Below are positions 63,582 through 64,000 of a DNA stretch of 64,000 nt, piece after piece (the first letter of the stretch is position 1; each line of letters starts with the position of its first letter). A program made the translations under genes and the position numbers. The notes under the pieces are model-generated. The model was not told the DNA's origin. It ran no database searches and saw nothing but the letters and a program-made list of their open reading frames with translations. The stretch comes from Raillietiella orientalis (taxonomy: Eukaryota), in assembly GCA_036172245.1 (NCBI GenBank), contig JAYWIR010000070.1, positions 62,001 through 126,000 on the forward strand. Reading direction: 5' to 3'.

Positions 63582-64000
63582 TACTTTATGTATCTGCTTT
63601 GTTATACCTCCTTTCCATATTCACTCATGTTTCTGGAAAGAAACGCTAATACCTACTCTCAAAATCCCATATGCAATTCATATGATTAATCTGCTATATC
63701 CTGGTTAAACCAGCAAATACTAATGCCTAATTTTCTATTCTTAAGATCTGTCTCATTTAAAATCAATTAGCTCCCTAATAAAATCAACACAAGAAAGATC
63801 CAAAAAGAACCATTACCATTCTGTGCATAAAGAATGTTAATGGTTCTATTTATTCTATCTTCTGATTATATCTTTGAAAGATAATTTCTCTCAAAGCAAT
63901 GCATACTTTCCAACTAATAAGATGCATTACTAATCAAACATATTTAACATCACAATTTACTGTAAGACCAAGGCAATAAAAGATGATTCAAACAAAAACA

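Noticed and set aside
1..64000. CRISPR arrays, rRNA, tRNA, spliced-leader RNA, retroelement pol genes
   Set aside because: No repeat-spacer arrays, conserved RNA motifs or RT/integrase motifs were seen.

Overview
Eukaryotic (animal, probably arthropod/ecdysozoan-like) genomic DNA with no prokaryotic features; most ORFs in the track are spurious GC-rich frames. Manual splicing gives six intron-containing genes: CCDC169-like (-, 3'-partial, RFX X-boxes upstream), an SHC PTB/SH2 adaptor (+), ZCCHC9 (-), a CCHC/RGG/acidic-tail protein (-), an arthropod-type secreted CUB-like protein (+) and SKA1 (-, 5'-partial). Introns fall into two size classes, 42-59 nt or 0.3-5.8 kb. The main observation is that the long non-coding stretches read as giant, nested, imperfect foldbacks rich in G-U pairs. 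In the long introns of the CUB gene the outermost stems sit about 10-20 nt after the donor and 50-100 nt before the acceptor. The largest foldback spans about 16.3 kb (3335-19671) and carries, in register, a 514-bp inverted repeat with 5 mismatches. My hypothesis is a 'foldback intron' system that collapses long introns to near-minimal effective length and is renewed by arm-to-arm copying. All pairings were found by eye and protein assignments rest on recalled family motifs; both need computational confirmation.
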